Source of the DNA: an uncultured bacterium
GTDB taxonomy: Bacteria > Verrucomicrobiota > Kiritimatiellia > RFP12 > UBA1067
Direction of reading: 5' to 3'
Assembly (NCBI GenBank): GCA_902772905.1
Contig: CACYCL010000164.1
Coordinates: forward strand, 1 to 44,258
Length of the DNA stretch: 44,258 nt
In this document: positions 35,921 to 44,258 of the stretch, one piece after another
Layout of the letters: the number at the start of each line of letters is the position of its first letter
How positions within the stretch are numbered: the stretch's first letter is position 1
Made by a program: the position numbers and the translations under genes
Notes under the pieces: model-generated
Told to the model about the DNA's origin: nothing
The model's database searches: none
The model's input: the letters and a program-made list of their open reading frames with translations, nothing else

Positions 35921-37936
35921 TTACTTCAATGTGTCTTGTGCATCTGCTGTATCTGCATGTTTTGCCTCCTGAAGCCCTCTCCAATGCGATACCCGTTGCA
36001 CAATGCGCCGTATCGGCGCAAGCGGGATCTCGCACCAGCCATGCGGGCGAACGGAGAGATACGCCCAGTCGCGCAGCGTCTCGTGCCCTGCCGAAAGGAA
36101 TTCATGCAGAATCGACGGCCTGTCTCCGTATATGACGAAGTCTGCAATGCCCTCGCCGTAGAACCGTTTTGCGAGCTGGCGAATGGTGTAGTTGTGGGAA
36201 TGCTCGACATGTGCGTCGGGGCAATATGCTATCTTCACCGGATCTTTCGCCAAGCGAGAATTCTGCCACGCCCACTCGACGTCCTCGGAATACTGGATCT
36301 TCTCGTCAAACGGAGTTTCTAGAAGGTTGCGCTTCCACGTTGCGGAACTGGCCAGGGAGAAGAAAAAGCGCCACGTCGCCTGGACCTTTCCGTCGCCGAA
36401 TGCGCGTTCGTTGTCCTTGCGCACAAGAGACTGGGCATTGGCGCGGGGCAACTGGTTCGCAAACGCGAACACGCGACACGATCCTGAAAGAAGCGGCCTG
36501 ACTAGTTCGGCCAGCCAGCGAGAATCCAGCGGAACGGAGTCGGAGTTGTTGAAAACCACGATGTCCCCCTTCGCCTCACGGACAAGCGCATTCAGCGACT
36601 TTCCAGGCTTGTACGCGCCGGACGGCCGCTCGACAAACCTCACTGGGTACTTCGCCGCCACTTCACGCGTCCGGTCTTTGGAATTGTCGTCGCACACAAT
36701 CACCTCAAATGGAGGCGGCCACTGCGAGAATATCCCAGCGAGCGTTCGCCCTATCAGCACTTCGTCGTTGCACGCCCTAACAAGAACGCTGATGCGCGGC
36801 CATTCCTCCGGCGGCTCGCCCTTCAGTCGCGCAACAAGTTCGCCACGAGCAGTCTCAAGCCTGGACACGAGCGCCGCATGCGCCTTTGCGTGCACGTCAT
36901 CCCATTCGCCGCGATTCCCAAGCGCGGCAATGACATGCTCCGCAACTTTCGCCCAGTCGCAGTCGTACACGCTTCCCTCAACGGTGCGACCGAAGTTGGA
37001 GAGCCAGTTGGCGAGCTTGGAGCCGCGTGCAATTCCAAGGCCTGGAGTGCCAACGTTCGCCGCGAGAATCAACAGGTGAAGACGGCTCGACAGGACAACA
37101 TCGCACTGCGAAGCCGCCTTCATGACCGCCTCTGGCGTAGAACCTGCGATGCACTCGACGCCAAGCCCCTCCATCAGAGCGCGGTCCGTCTTTGGATTCA
37201 TCGGAATGCCGACTACCCCTGCACCAGACGCACGAACGGCGGCGACCATCCTCTTGAGCCCGTCAAGGTCCGCGACCTGCCGTTGCGTCGAAATGCAAAG
37301 GCCGAGAGTGCGAGGGTGCGAGGAAGTGGGCGAACGAGGGAGAGGTGGGACGGGCGACAGCAATATCGCCGTGTCGGCGGCAACCTCTGCATTCTTGAAT
37401 CCCAGCGAGGCGAGCATTGCCGCGCTCTGCGGATCGCGCAGCCAAACGCCTCTGCAACAAGGCATAACCTCGGCAATGCGCCGCGCGAGCCTTGCTCGAA
37501 GCCTGCGCTCGTACCATCCGACAAGCCCGAGGCAGCCCAGCGCAAGGCGTCGCCTGCCACGAGCCCTGAAGAACGCCGGATTCAGCTCGTCGTCCATTCC
37601 GACACCCCATACATAGGTCTGGACACCAGCCTTCTGCGCCGTTTCAAGCAGGTCGAGTGCGACGTGCGGATAGTCTGAAAGCCCTGTTGCACCGCACCAA
37701 ATGTATGCGTCATGGGTGCGAACAACATCCGCAAAGCCGCCGATGTCATATCCAGCGAAACCAAACGGAGGCACAACATCCACATCAAGCAATCCGGCAG
37801 TGGATTCGTCTGCCGTTGCGACTGTCAGCCTCACGCCTGGCAGCGACTCCTTTAGCATCTTCACGACGCCGGCGACAATCGCCTCGTCGCCTATGTTGTC
37901 GCACCCGAGCGGTATGCCTCCGAGAAGTATCCTCAT
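35921..37936 (-). CDS. Polysaccharide pyruvyl transferase fused to a GT2 glycosyltransferase
   Basis: N-half NIGDEAI, WLRD..S, ADTA, SSRLHLLILA; C-half ISVLVRACND, VCDDNSKDRT, NSD, SEDVEWA, VEHSHNY; ATG 37936 overlaps the upstream stop. Confidence 0.85.
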   Translation of the reverse strand: MRILLGGIPLGCDNIGDEAIVAGVVKMLKESLPGVRLTVATADESTAGLLDVDVVPPFGFAGYDIGGFADVVRTHDAYIWCGATGLSDYPHVALDLLETAQKAGVQTYVWGVGMDDELNPAFFRARGRRRLALGCLGLVGWYERRLRARLARRIAEVMPCCRGVWLRDPQSAAMLASLGFKNAEVAADTAILLSPVPPLPRSPTSSHPRTLGLCISTQRQVADLDGLKRMVAAVRASGAGVVGIPMNPKTDRALMEGLGVECIAGSTPEAVMKAASQCDVVLSSRLHLLILAANVGTPGLGIARGSKLANWLSNFGRTVEGSVYDCDWAKVAEHVIAALGNRGEWDDVHAKAHAALVSRLETARGELVARLKGEPPEEWPRISVLVRACNDEVLIGRTLAGIFSQWPPPFEVIVCDDNSKDRTREVAAKYPVRFVERPSGAYKPGKSLNALVREAKGDIVVFNNSDSVPLDSRWLAELVRPLLSGSCRVFAFANQLPRANAQSLVRKDNERAFGDGKVQATWRFFFSLASSATWKRNLLETPFDEKIQYSEDVEWAWQNSRLAKDPVKIAYCPDAHVEHSHNYTIRQLAKRFYGEGIADFVIYGDRPSILHEFLSAGHETLRDWAYLSVRPHGWCEIPLAPIRRIVQRVSHWRGLQEAKHADTADAQDTLK

Positions 37937-38925
37937 TTCCCGCCTCCATGCCATGCAAGAACATCCGTGGCAGAAAGTCTCGGCGATGCCGCTACGTCAA
38001 ATTCATCTGGGGGCATTCCACAGGCTATAACCTGCACAATCGCCTCATTTGACGGTATGCCGAGGAAGCCATGCACCGCACGGTCGGTCTCTGGCGAAAC
38101 ACTCCAGTGCAGAATGCAGTGCGCGACGCCGAAGTAATGAAGCGCGTAGCACAGGTTCATCACGAATATGCCGCCGTTCACGTAGCAGTCGTGACGCTCC
38201 CAGCCCCAGCGGACTGAAGACAAGTCAGCCGTCACGACCAGAACCTTGTCGGCGTCGGAGCCAAACCCGCGTGTTCCTCCCTGCGCAGCAAAGAGCCTGT
38301 CCCTGAGAATCGGATCATCCAATGCATGTACGCGCGCGTACTGGCGGTTGCAAGCACTCGGCGCAGTGATGGCGAGTGCAACGGCAGACTCTATTGTATC
38401 CCTCGGCACTGGACCGGCGAAGTGGCGGACAACATGCCGCGATGCCGCAAACAACGGGAAAGGCGCATCCCTCGCCGCGAAGAATTCCGCCCTCGAGACA
38501 TGTGGCTCCTTCGCGGCTGGGACGTCTGGGCGCTCGGCAAGAAAAGCGTCAAGCCGAGGCATTGGCTCAGGCCAGTTCCGATGCAGGTCACGATAGGCGC
38601 GCAAGACGCCAACCGCATGCCGCACCTGCGAATCGCCGGCGCCGAACCGCCGCTCGAAGGATTCCACAAGATTCACGAGGTGGACAACGGCCCCCTTGCC
38701 GAAGCCAAGCCGGCGGCGAGGCATGGTAAGCCCCTTTTCGAGGACATGGTAGCCCATCACGATTTCGGCGCGCGCCGCAGACTTGCGGTCGAGATGGAGC
38801 GCGCCAGCGTTGGACATGAATTGCTCTCTGTCATAGCGGAACGCGCGCATCGCCTCGGAACGCACCTTCGCGCGATCCCTGAGCGCTACAAGCTTCCGCT
38901 TGACCTTCTTGAGGTATGTCATCAT
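37933..38925 (-). CDS. Nitroreductase family protein (polysaccharide-locus type)
   Basis: YHVLEKGL, SRHVVRHF, APSACNRQ, NGGIFVMNLCYALH. Confidence 0.85.
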   Translation of the reverse strand: MMTYLKKVKRKLVALRDRAKVRSEAMRAFRYDREQFMSNAGALHLDRKSAARAEIVMGYHVLEKGLTMPRRRLGFGKGAVVHLVNLVESFERRFGAGDSQVRHAVGVLRAYRDLHRNWPEPMPRLDAFLAERPDVPAAKEPHVSRAEFFAARDAPFPLFAASRHVVRHFAGPVPRDTIESAVALAITAPSACNRQYARVHALDDPILRDRLFAAQGGTRGFGSDADKVLVVTADLSSVRWGWERHDCYVNGGIFVMNLCYALHYFGVAHCILHWSVSPETDRAVHGFLGIPSNEAIVQVIACGMPPDEFDVAASPRLSATDVLAWHGGGK

Positions 38926-39482
38926 TGCTCAAGCATTCCCGCAGGCATTTCCCTGCCCCACTGCCTCTTGTACCGCGCTCCGACAGCAAGGTTCCTTATC
39001 TCGCGAACCATGTCTTCTGACACGAAGCCCGGCCTATGCTTTTCGGAATAGAAACCCTTGACAAAACCTTTGTCCGACAGTTCTTCGGCGTTTTCCTCTG
39101 CATAGGCTCTGAGAAGTGCGCCACCTTCGCCCTCGCCGATGAACACAATCGTTCTTTGCTCGTCGCCGTGATACTTGATGTACCAATCCAGCGCATCCTT
39201 GACATCTTTGGCATTAGCTACGAGCGGAGAGAACACGCGGGCAACGCCGCTGAACTTGCCTCTTCCAACGGCATCCCTGGCGTATGACGACATTGAGTGC
39301 AGCTCATCCATGCGAAGATAGAGCGCATCCTGTACGTATATGACGTCAATTGGAGCGGCGAACGTGCGTACGGCATCCTCTCGCAGAAGCCAGTTGTCCA
39401 GATAGTCGTACGGCGACTTGGACCAAAGGCAGCCAGAGACAACCAGACCGCCAAGCAGAAATATGCAAATGTTCTTCATCAT
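38922..39482 (-). CDS. Lipoprotein, short DUF3089-like alpha/beta-hydrolase fragment
   Basis: Lipobox VSGC; IDVIYV, ARVFSP, DVKDALDWYIKYH, IVFIGEGEG resemble DUF3089. Confidence 0.55.
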   Translation of the reverse strand: MMKNICIFLLGGLVVSGCLWSKSPYDYLDNWLLREDAVRTFAAPIDVIYVQDALYLRMDELHSMSSYARDAVGRGKFSGVARVFSPLVANAKDVKDALDWYIKYHGDEQRTIVFIGEGEGGALLRAYAEENAEELSDKGFVKGFYSEKHRPGFVSEDMVREIRNLAVGARYKRQWGREMPAGMLEQ

Positions 39483-40282
39483 TTGGTGGAAACTGTCGCG
39501 GGGAATACGACGGCACTGTCTGAGCAGGCAAGCCGAAAGCCGAAAATGCAGTTGCGCAGATTGGGCTCGCGCTTCAGCCTATATGCGCAGCGGCAGTCGC
39601 TTTCATAGAAGAACCAACACCCGCCGCGCAGTATCTTGAACGACCCAGATGGCGGCCCCTTAGGATCGACTGCGTCGCCTTTTGTCTCGGCAAACCAGTC
39701 GGCGCACCATTCCAGAACATTCCCGTGCATGTCGTAGAAGCCCCACGAGTTTGGCTTGTTGCGCCCTACTTCATGCGTCTGGTATTCACTGTTCGTATCG
39801 TACCACGCCATTTCGGACACAATCCCGCTGCCTGCAAAAGGTGCATCGCTTCCTGCACGGCATGCATACTCCCATTCCGCCTCAGTGGGAAGCCTTGCTA
39901 CGCCACCAAGCACGGTGTTGACCCTCCTCACAAAGGCCTCGCAGTCCAGCCACGAAATATTCTCGACAGGCTTGTTCCCGTCCCTGAACCGTGAATTGTT
40001 GCTGCGCATAACACTTTCCCACTGCACCTGCGTTACTTCATACTTGCCAAGCCAGAAGCCCTTGGTGAGAGACACATTGTGGCGTGCTTCATTTGATATG
40101 CGCCCCACTTCATCGGCAGGGCTGCCCATCTTGAATTTCCCCGGGGCGCACCATATCATCTCCATTTTTGCGCCACCAGGCAACACAATGGTTCGTGTCT
40201 CGCCGCCTTTGCGCTCAACATGCAACGCAGACGCAGGCATTGCCAACACTGCAACGATGAAAAAACACAGCATTCCCTTCAT
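39479..40282 (-). CDS. Secreted FGE-sulfatase-fold protein
   Basis: Signal peptide; FKMGS, KYEVTQVQW, RLPTEAEWEYACRAG, PNSWGFYDMHGNVLEWC, GFRL. Confidence 0.9.
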   Translation of the reverse strand: MKGMLCFFIVAVLAMPASALHVERKGGETRTIVLPGGAKMEMIWCAPGKFKMGSPADEVGRISNEARHNVSLTKGFWLGKYEVTQVQWESVMRSNNSRFRDGNKPVENISWLDCEAFVRRVNTVLGGVARLPTEAEWEYACRAGSDAPFAGSGIVSEMAWYDTNSEYQTHEVGRNKPNSWGFYDMHGNVLEWCADWFAETKGDAVDPKGPPSGSFKILRGGCWFFYESDCRCAYRLKREPNLRNCIFGFRLACSDSAVVFPATVSTK

Positions 40283-40325
40283 GGCTGCGAATTATAGCAT
40301 ATCTCAGGCCAAAATGGTATACGCG

Positions 40326-41399
40326 TCAGCGCTGCACGCGAGCATTGCCAACGTAGACATCCCACACCTGCTTTTCATCCGCCGGCTCTGCGTAATCGTT
40401 GAGAGAACTTGCCGCCATGACACCCGACGCCCAGCCAAACTGCAGGCACTTCCCGGCATCCCAACCTTGGATAACCCCGTAGAGAAGTCCGCCTGTGAAG
40501 CCATCGCCGCCGCCAATGCGATCCAACACATTGATCGTGCGTGGCTCCTCCACGTACCACTTGCCGTCGGAGTAGACGATTGCACCCCAAAGATGCTCTG
40601 ATGCAGAAATGACCTGGCGCAACGTGGTCCCGCACATCTGCGCTTTCGGATACTTTTTCACAACCTGCGCAATCATCTCCTTGAAGCGCTCTATCTTGCC
40701 ATTCAGGTCCTTGCCGCCGGCCTCTGGCCCCTTGAAGCCAAGACAGAGCTGGAAGTCCTCCTCGTTGCCTACGAGAATGTCCGCTACGGAGGCTATCTTG
40801 TGAAATGCCGCCCGCAGCTCCGTCTCGCGTCCCTGCCAGAACGTCGCGCGGTAGTTGAGATCAAAGCTGACGAGAACGCCGTACTTCTTGGCATCCGCAG
40901 CAAGTTTGAGGCAACACTTAGTCGTATCGGGCGACATCGCCGCTATAAGTCCCGAAAGATGAAGAACCTTTACGCCGTCCTTGCCGAAGATGGTCTTCGT
41001 ATCATAGTCCCTGGCGTCAAGCGTACGCCCCACCTCGCCAGCACGATCATTCCATACACGCGGAGCCCTGAGGCCGAAGCCGGAGTCGGCAATGTTGAAC
41101 TGGTGACGATAGCCCCAAGGTCCGCCCTGCGGCACGTCCGGACCGACGTACGCGATGTTGCGAGCCCTGAGCTGCGCCTTTATGAACGCGGCCATGGGCG
41201 AGCCGGCGACAAAACGCGTCATCACCAGGCATTCAGGGCCAAGCGAACTTGTAACGTTCAGGACATTCGTCTCGGCGCTCGTTGCCTGAAGCAGGAAACG
41301 GCTGGAATTATGCACAGCCATGCGGTTCTCTGGCGTAATCCTGAGCCCCATCGAGCTGAGGCATGCCACTGCGTACTTGGCGTTCTTCTTTACTTTCAT
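40326..41399 (-). CDS. kdgK: PfkB family sugar kinase (2-keto-3-deoxygluconate kinase-like)
   Basis: SAETNV, SFDLNYR, GNEEDFQ, DRIGGGDGF. Confidence 0.8.
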   Translation of the reverse strand: MKVKKNAKYAVACLSSMGLRITPENRMAVHNSSRFLLQATSAETNVLNVTSSLGPECLVMTRFVAGSPMAAFIKAQLRARNIAYVGPDVPQGGPWGYRHQFNIADSGFGLRAPRVWNDRAGEVGRTLDARDYDTKTIFGKDGVKVLHLSGLIAAMSPDTTKCCLKLAADAKKYGVLVSFDLNYRATFWQGRETELRAAFHKIASVADILVGNEEDFQLCLGFKGPEAGGKDLNGKIERFKEMIAQVVKKYPKAQMCGTTLRQVISASEHLWGAIVYSDGKWYVEEPRTINVLDRIGGGDGFTGGLLYGVIQGWDAGKCLQFGWASGVMAASSLNDYAEPADEKQVWDVYVGNARVQR

Positions 41400-41436
41400 G
41401 GTTTTCTAACGAGTCTTTGGTTAGGAATACATTTGC

Positions 41437-41445
41437 ATTATATCA
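41437..41445 (-). promoter_or_regulatory. Extended -10 element upstream of kdgK
   Basis: TGATATAAT in the AT-rich gap between gntP and kdgK. Confidence 0.55.
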
Positions 41446-41448
41446 TAT

Positions 41449-42714
41449 TCAGCGGAACATCCCGACGATGACAGACGTGATTGTCGAAGTTGCGCCTACC
41501 AGCGTTCCGAACGGAAACAGCCTCAGGCGGTCCTTGACGCTCATGCCAACGGCGCCAGCCGTCGCATGAAAGAAGCTTCCATGCGGAAGCGCGTCGAAGA
41601 TAGTTCCACCCGCGTGCATCATCGCCGCTGCGGAGAGCGCCGGCACGCCGGCCTCGGAAAGAACGCCCGAGAACGTCTGCGCCGCAATCGTAACGCCAGC
41701 CGTCGTGGAGGCCGTGGCGCCGGAAAGCAGCACGCTTGAGAACGGCGCAACTGCCCATGCCGGAAGATGGCACGCGCCAAGCAGCGCGATCATGTCGCCA
41801 TTAAGCGACGAGCCCTTCACAATTCCCGCAACAGTTCCGGTTCCAATGAGAAGAATCGACACCCCAACAACCTTGGAGAGGCCAAACTCGGCGTATGAAA
41901 CCGTTTCACGCCACCTTCCGCAAACAAGAATCGAGACAATGCCGCCAGCCGGAAGCGCGACAAGCGGATCAACCACGATTCCGAATACTGGGCGCATGGA
42001 CAGAAGCGCAACCACGGCGAGCGGACCAGCCGCAGCCTGCAGCGCCGTCGGCCCTCCGGTGCGCGAATCAGCCTCGGCGACGACATCCACGGTGGTTTCG
42101 CAGTTCCTCCACCACTTCGCAACCCACGTAGAGAGCAGCACCGTCACACAAAGCGCGGCGACAGCCGGCAAGATGTTCGCCATCATCACGGAAGTCAGGT
42201 CGAGCTTGAACGCCTCGGCAACGGCTATCGTGTTCGGATTCGGCGATATGACGTTCCCGGCCTTGCCGCCTCCGACCATGGCAAGAAGCAGCGCCGGCAC
42301 CGGCACCCCAACCCTGCGCCCGACGGCGAGCGCAACAGGCGCAACGGTTATGACCGCTATGTCTACGAATACGCCAACCGCCGTGACAACAAGCGTGGCG
42401 ATGGCAATAGCCGCAAGCGCAAAGCGCGCACCCAGCGAGGCGATTATCGCATCAGCCATCTTAGCCGCGCTGCCGGTCTTTACAAGAGCGCCAACCAGAA
42501 CGCCAGAAGCGAGAATGCGCAGAACGCTCGGCATCATGCCCTGCGTTCCGGAGACCATGGCGGCAACAGTGTCAACCAGGCCTCCGCCTCCGAGAATCCC
42601 GCCGACAAGCGCGCCAAGAACCAGCGCATACGCTGGCGTGACTTTCTTGACTATCAGCACGATCGCAAGGACAAGCCCTGCCAGAGCGCCCCAAGTCGAG
42701 AAAATCGCGCTCAT
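41449..42714 (-). CDS. GntP family permease
   Basis: GVFVDIAVITVAP, GGGKAGNVISPNPNTI, ATASTTAG, LPHGSFFHAT; highly hydrophobic. Confidence 0.88.
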   Translation of the reverse strand: MSAIFSTWGALAGLVLAIVLIVKKVTPAYALVLGALVGGILGGGGLVDTVAAMVSGTQGMMPSVLRILASGVLVGALVKTGSAAKMADAIIASLGARFALAAIAIATLVVTAVGVFVDIAVITVAPVALAVGRRVGVPVPALLLAMVGGGKAGNVISPNPNTIAVAEAFKLDLTSVMMANILPAVAALCVTVLLSTWVAKWWRNCETTVDVVAEADSRTGGPTALQAAAGPLAVVALLSMRPVFGIVVDPLVALPAGGIVSILVCGRWRETVSYAEFGLSKVVGVSILLIGTGTVAGIVKGSSLNGDMIALLGACHLPAWAVAPFSSVLLSGATASTTAGVTIAAQTFSGVLSEAGVPALSAAAMMHAGGTIFDALPHGSFFHATAGAVGMSVKDRLRLFPFGTLVGATSTITSVIVGMFR

Positions 42715-43931
42715 TTCGCCTTTCCCGCCTCGCAGGACAAGGCTATTTCCGACTTGAAATACGCCGTGAGCATATCAGCGTAGTCGTGGAGCGACCTGAG
42801 CGAGATGCGTTCGTCTGGTGCGTGAGGGCCGCTGCCAGTTGGCGCGTATATCACGGTAGGCAAGCCGAGGTGCGCAAAGAACGACGCATCGGTCGCCGCC
42901 GACATGCGCCCGATGCGCATGTTCTTGTCAGGCCATTTCTCCTGCATGGCCTTGAACAGCCGACGTATGTGCGGATCGTCGGGGTCGCTGATAACTGGCA
43001 CACGATACGTGGCATAGCGTTCGACTTCCAGTCCTGTCGTCTTGCGCAGGAAGTCCGCCCACTTCTCGTAGCCGTCTGGCTCTGTAAAGCGGAGCGAAAG
43101 CGTCATCTCGGCAGTGTCGGGGATCTGGTTGCCAGAGTCGCTGCCCTTAAGGAGAGTGGGCGAGATAACGTCGCGCCAGTGGTTGTCGGGATCGGCGGGC
43201 GGCGGTATCGCGGCCTGCGCCTTCATCCAACCGGCCATGAGCTTCGGAATCGGGTTGTCGAGCGCCCAAGGTCGCGAGGAGTGTCCGCCTTTTCCGCGTG
43301 CGATCAGCTTTATGCGGGCATGGCCCTTCTCGGCGACAAACAGCTGGTCTGGCTCTTCACCTGCGGAATCGCCGACAAGAATGAACTTGCGCGGAACGTA
43401 GCCGGCTTCAAGCGCCGCTTTCGGCGTTGAAGTGCCCTTTTCAAGCGTCGGGCCGTCTTCATCCGTTGCAATCAGCGCGCCAATGGAGCCTCGCCCAGCA
43501 AGATTGGCAAGCACCTGACATATAACCGCCACGTTTCCCTTCGTGTCGCAGGCTCCGCGAGCATAAAGCCAATCTCCGTCGAACCTCGGCTTGAACTGCG
43601 ACGGATCAGCCGCCGGAACCACGTCAGTATGCGAAACAAATACATAATCATGGCGTTTGCCAGGCACGGTAGACGCATAGAGGTACTTGCGCCCCTTACC
43701 GTTGTCCGGTGTGCTGCATGTCACGCCGCGCTCACGCAGCCATCCGGCAAGGAACTCGATGCAGCGGTTGTTCTCAGCCAAGTTCTCCGTCTCGCTCGGA
43801 ATCGACAGCATCCTCACTAGGAAGTCCACGTCGATGCCGCTCTTTGCGACGTGATCCCCTGCAGGACATTTCGCAGCCCCAAATGCAGAAAGCACAGCGA
43901 CAAACGCCGCCACAGACAGTATTCGTTTCAT
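42711..43931 (-). CDS. M20/M25/M40 metallo-hydrolase (ArgE/DapE-like) with signal peptide
   Basis: SHTDVVP, ARGACDTKG, TDED, EKG, GGHSS.P, ATDA, GPHAPDE; ATG 43931 sits just after the promoter. Confidence 0.88.
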   Translation of the reverse strand: MKRILSVAAFVAVLSAFGAAKCPAGDHVAKSGIDVDFLVRMLSIPSETENLAENNRCIEFLAGWLRERGVTCSTPDNGKGRKYLYASTVPGKRHDYVFVSHTDVVPAADPSQFKPRFDGDWLYARGACDTKGNVAVICQVLANLAGRGSIGALIATDEDGPTLEKGTSTPKAALEAGYVPRKFILVGDSAGEEPDQLFVAEKGHARIKLIARGKGGHSSRPWALDNPIPKLMAGWMKAQAAIPPPADPDNHWRDVISPTLLKGSDSGNQIPDTAEMTLSLRFTEPDGYEKWADFLRKTTGLEVERYATYRVPVISDPDDPHIRRLFKAMQEKWPDKNMRIGRMSAATDASFFAHLGLPTVIYAPTGSGPHAPDERISLRSLHDYADMLTAYFKSEIALSCEAGKAK

Positions 43932-43937
43932 GCTGAT

Positions 43938-43966
43938 ATTATCGCAAAAGCGGCGGCGGCTGTCAA
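43938..43966 (-). promoter_or_regulatory. sigma70 promoter, probably yielding a leaderless mRNA
   Basis: TTGACA (43966-43961), 17 nt, GATAAT (43943-43938); ATG 6 nt downstream. Confidence 0.75.
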
Positions 43967-44027
43967 TGACAATTGCAGGCACAAGGATCGTCTAGTCTGT
44001 CACGCGATTCCTCTATGGAGAAATGCA

Positions 44028-44059
44028 AAGATGGAGAATGCTCCTGCATTCTCCATCTT
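44028..44059. repeat. Perfect 14-bp inverted repeat (hairpin) downstream of the partial CDS
   Basis: AAGATGGAGAATGC-TCCT-GCATTCTCCATCTT; no clear U-tract. Confidence 0.85.
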
Positions 44060-44081
44060 GAGCCCTGCATTCCACGGGGCG

Positions 44082-44258
44082 TCAACGCGAGACCCTGAAG
44101 AACGCGGCGCCCCTCTTCGCGGGCGCGACGAGGATCACCTCGTCGTCAGCCGACGCGCCGCCGGCGGCGGCCTCGCCCACGGGCTCCGCCACGTCGCCGG
44201 GCGTGGCGCCCTCCGAAAGCCCGTACGAGAGGAACGGCACCGTCCCCTTCACCGAGAC
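44082..44258 (-). CDS. C-terminal 58 aa of a CDS entering from the right edge
   Basis: Open frame VSVKGTVPFLSYGL..VILVAPAKRGAAFFRVSR-stop with strong third-position GC bias. Confidence 0.7.
   Translation of the reverse strand, partial: VSVKGTVPFLSYGLSEGATPGDVAEPVGEAAAGGASADDEVILVAPAKRGAAFFRVSR

Noticed and set aside
39479-40282. True formylglycine-generating enzyme or DGR target
   Set aside because: RGGCWFFYESDCR does not match the canonical FGE Cys pair; no sulfatase, reverse transcriptase or template repeat seen in the window

Overview
A 44-kb, GC-rich bacterial chromosomal segment. About 41 CDS and one tRNA-Arg(CCT) all lie on the minus strand. Gene content and protein styles (FGE-fold secreted proteins, ceramidase-like proteins, DUF2851, short hydrophobic C-terminal tails) suggest a PVC-superphylum organism, probably Kiritimatiellae; this is an inference. 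Content by coordinate: a strong promoter firing off the left edge (possibly an rRNA leader); pal-tatB-tatC-trkH; gap; tRNA-Arg followed by an oxidoreductase and a ceramidase-like gene; an AraC-headed sialic-acid-type utilisation cluster; a tandem MATE-HATPase(-GNAT) operon with two paralogous lipoproteins; an orphan vsr; a SNF2 helicase; housekeeping genes; a comM-ORF-yraN-recA-DUF2851 recombination/transformation operon; dinG; HIT; a pyruvyltransferase-GT2 fusion; kdgK; gntP; an M20 peptidase. The best candidate for an undescribed system is the comM operon. Its unannotated 199-aa ORF resembles plant Whirly ssDNA-binding proteins, and its promoter carries four helically phased CTTAAG boxes. 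All family calls come from motif recognition by eye; no database searches were run.
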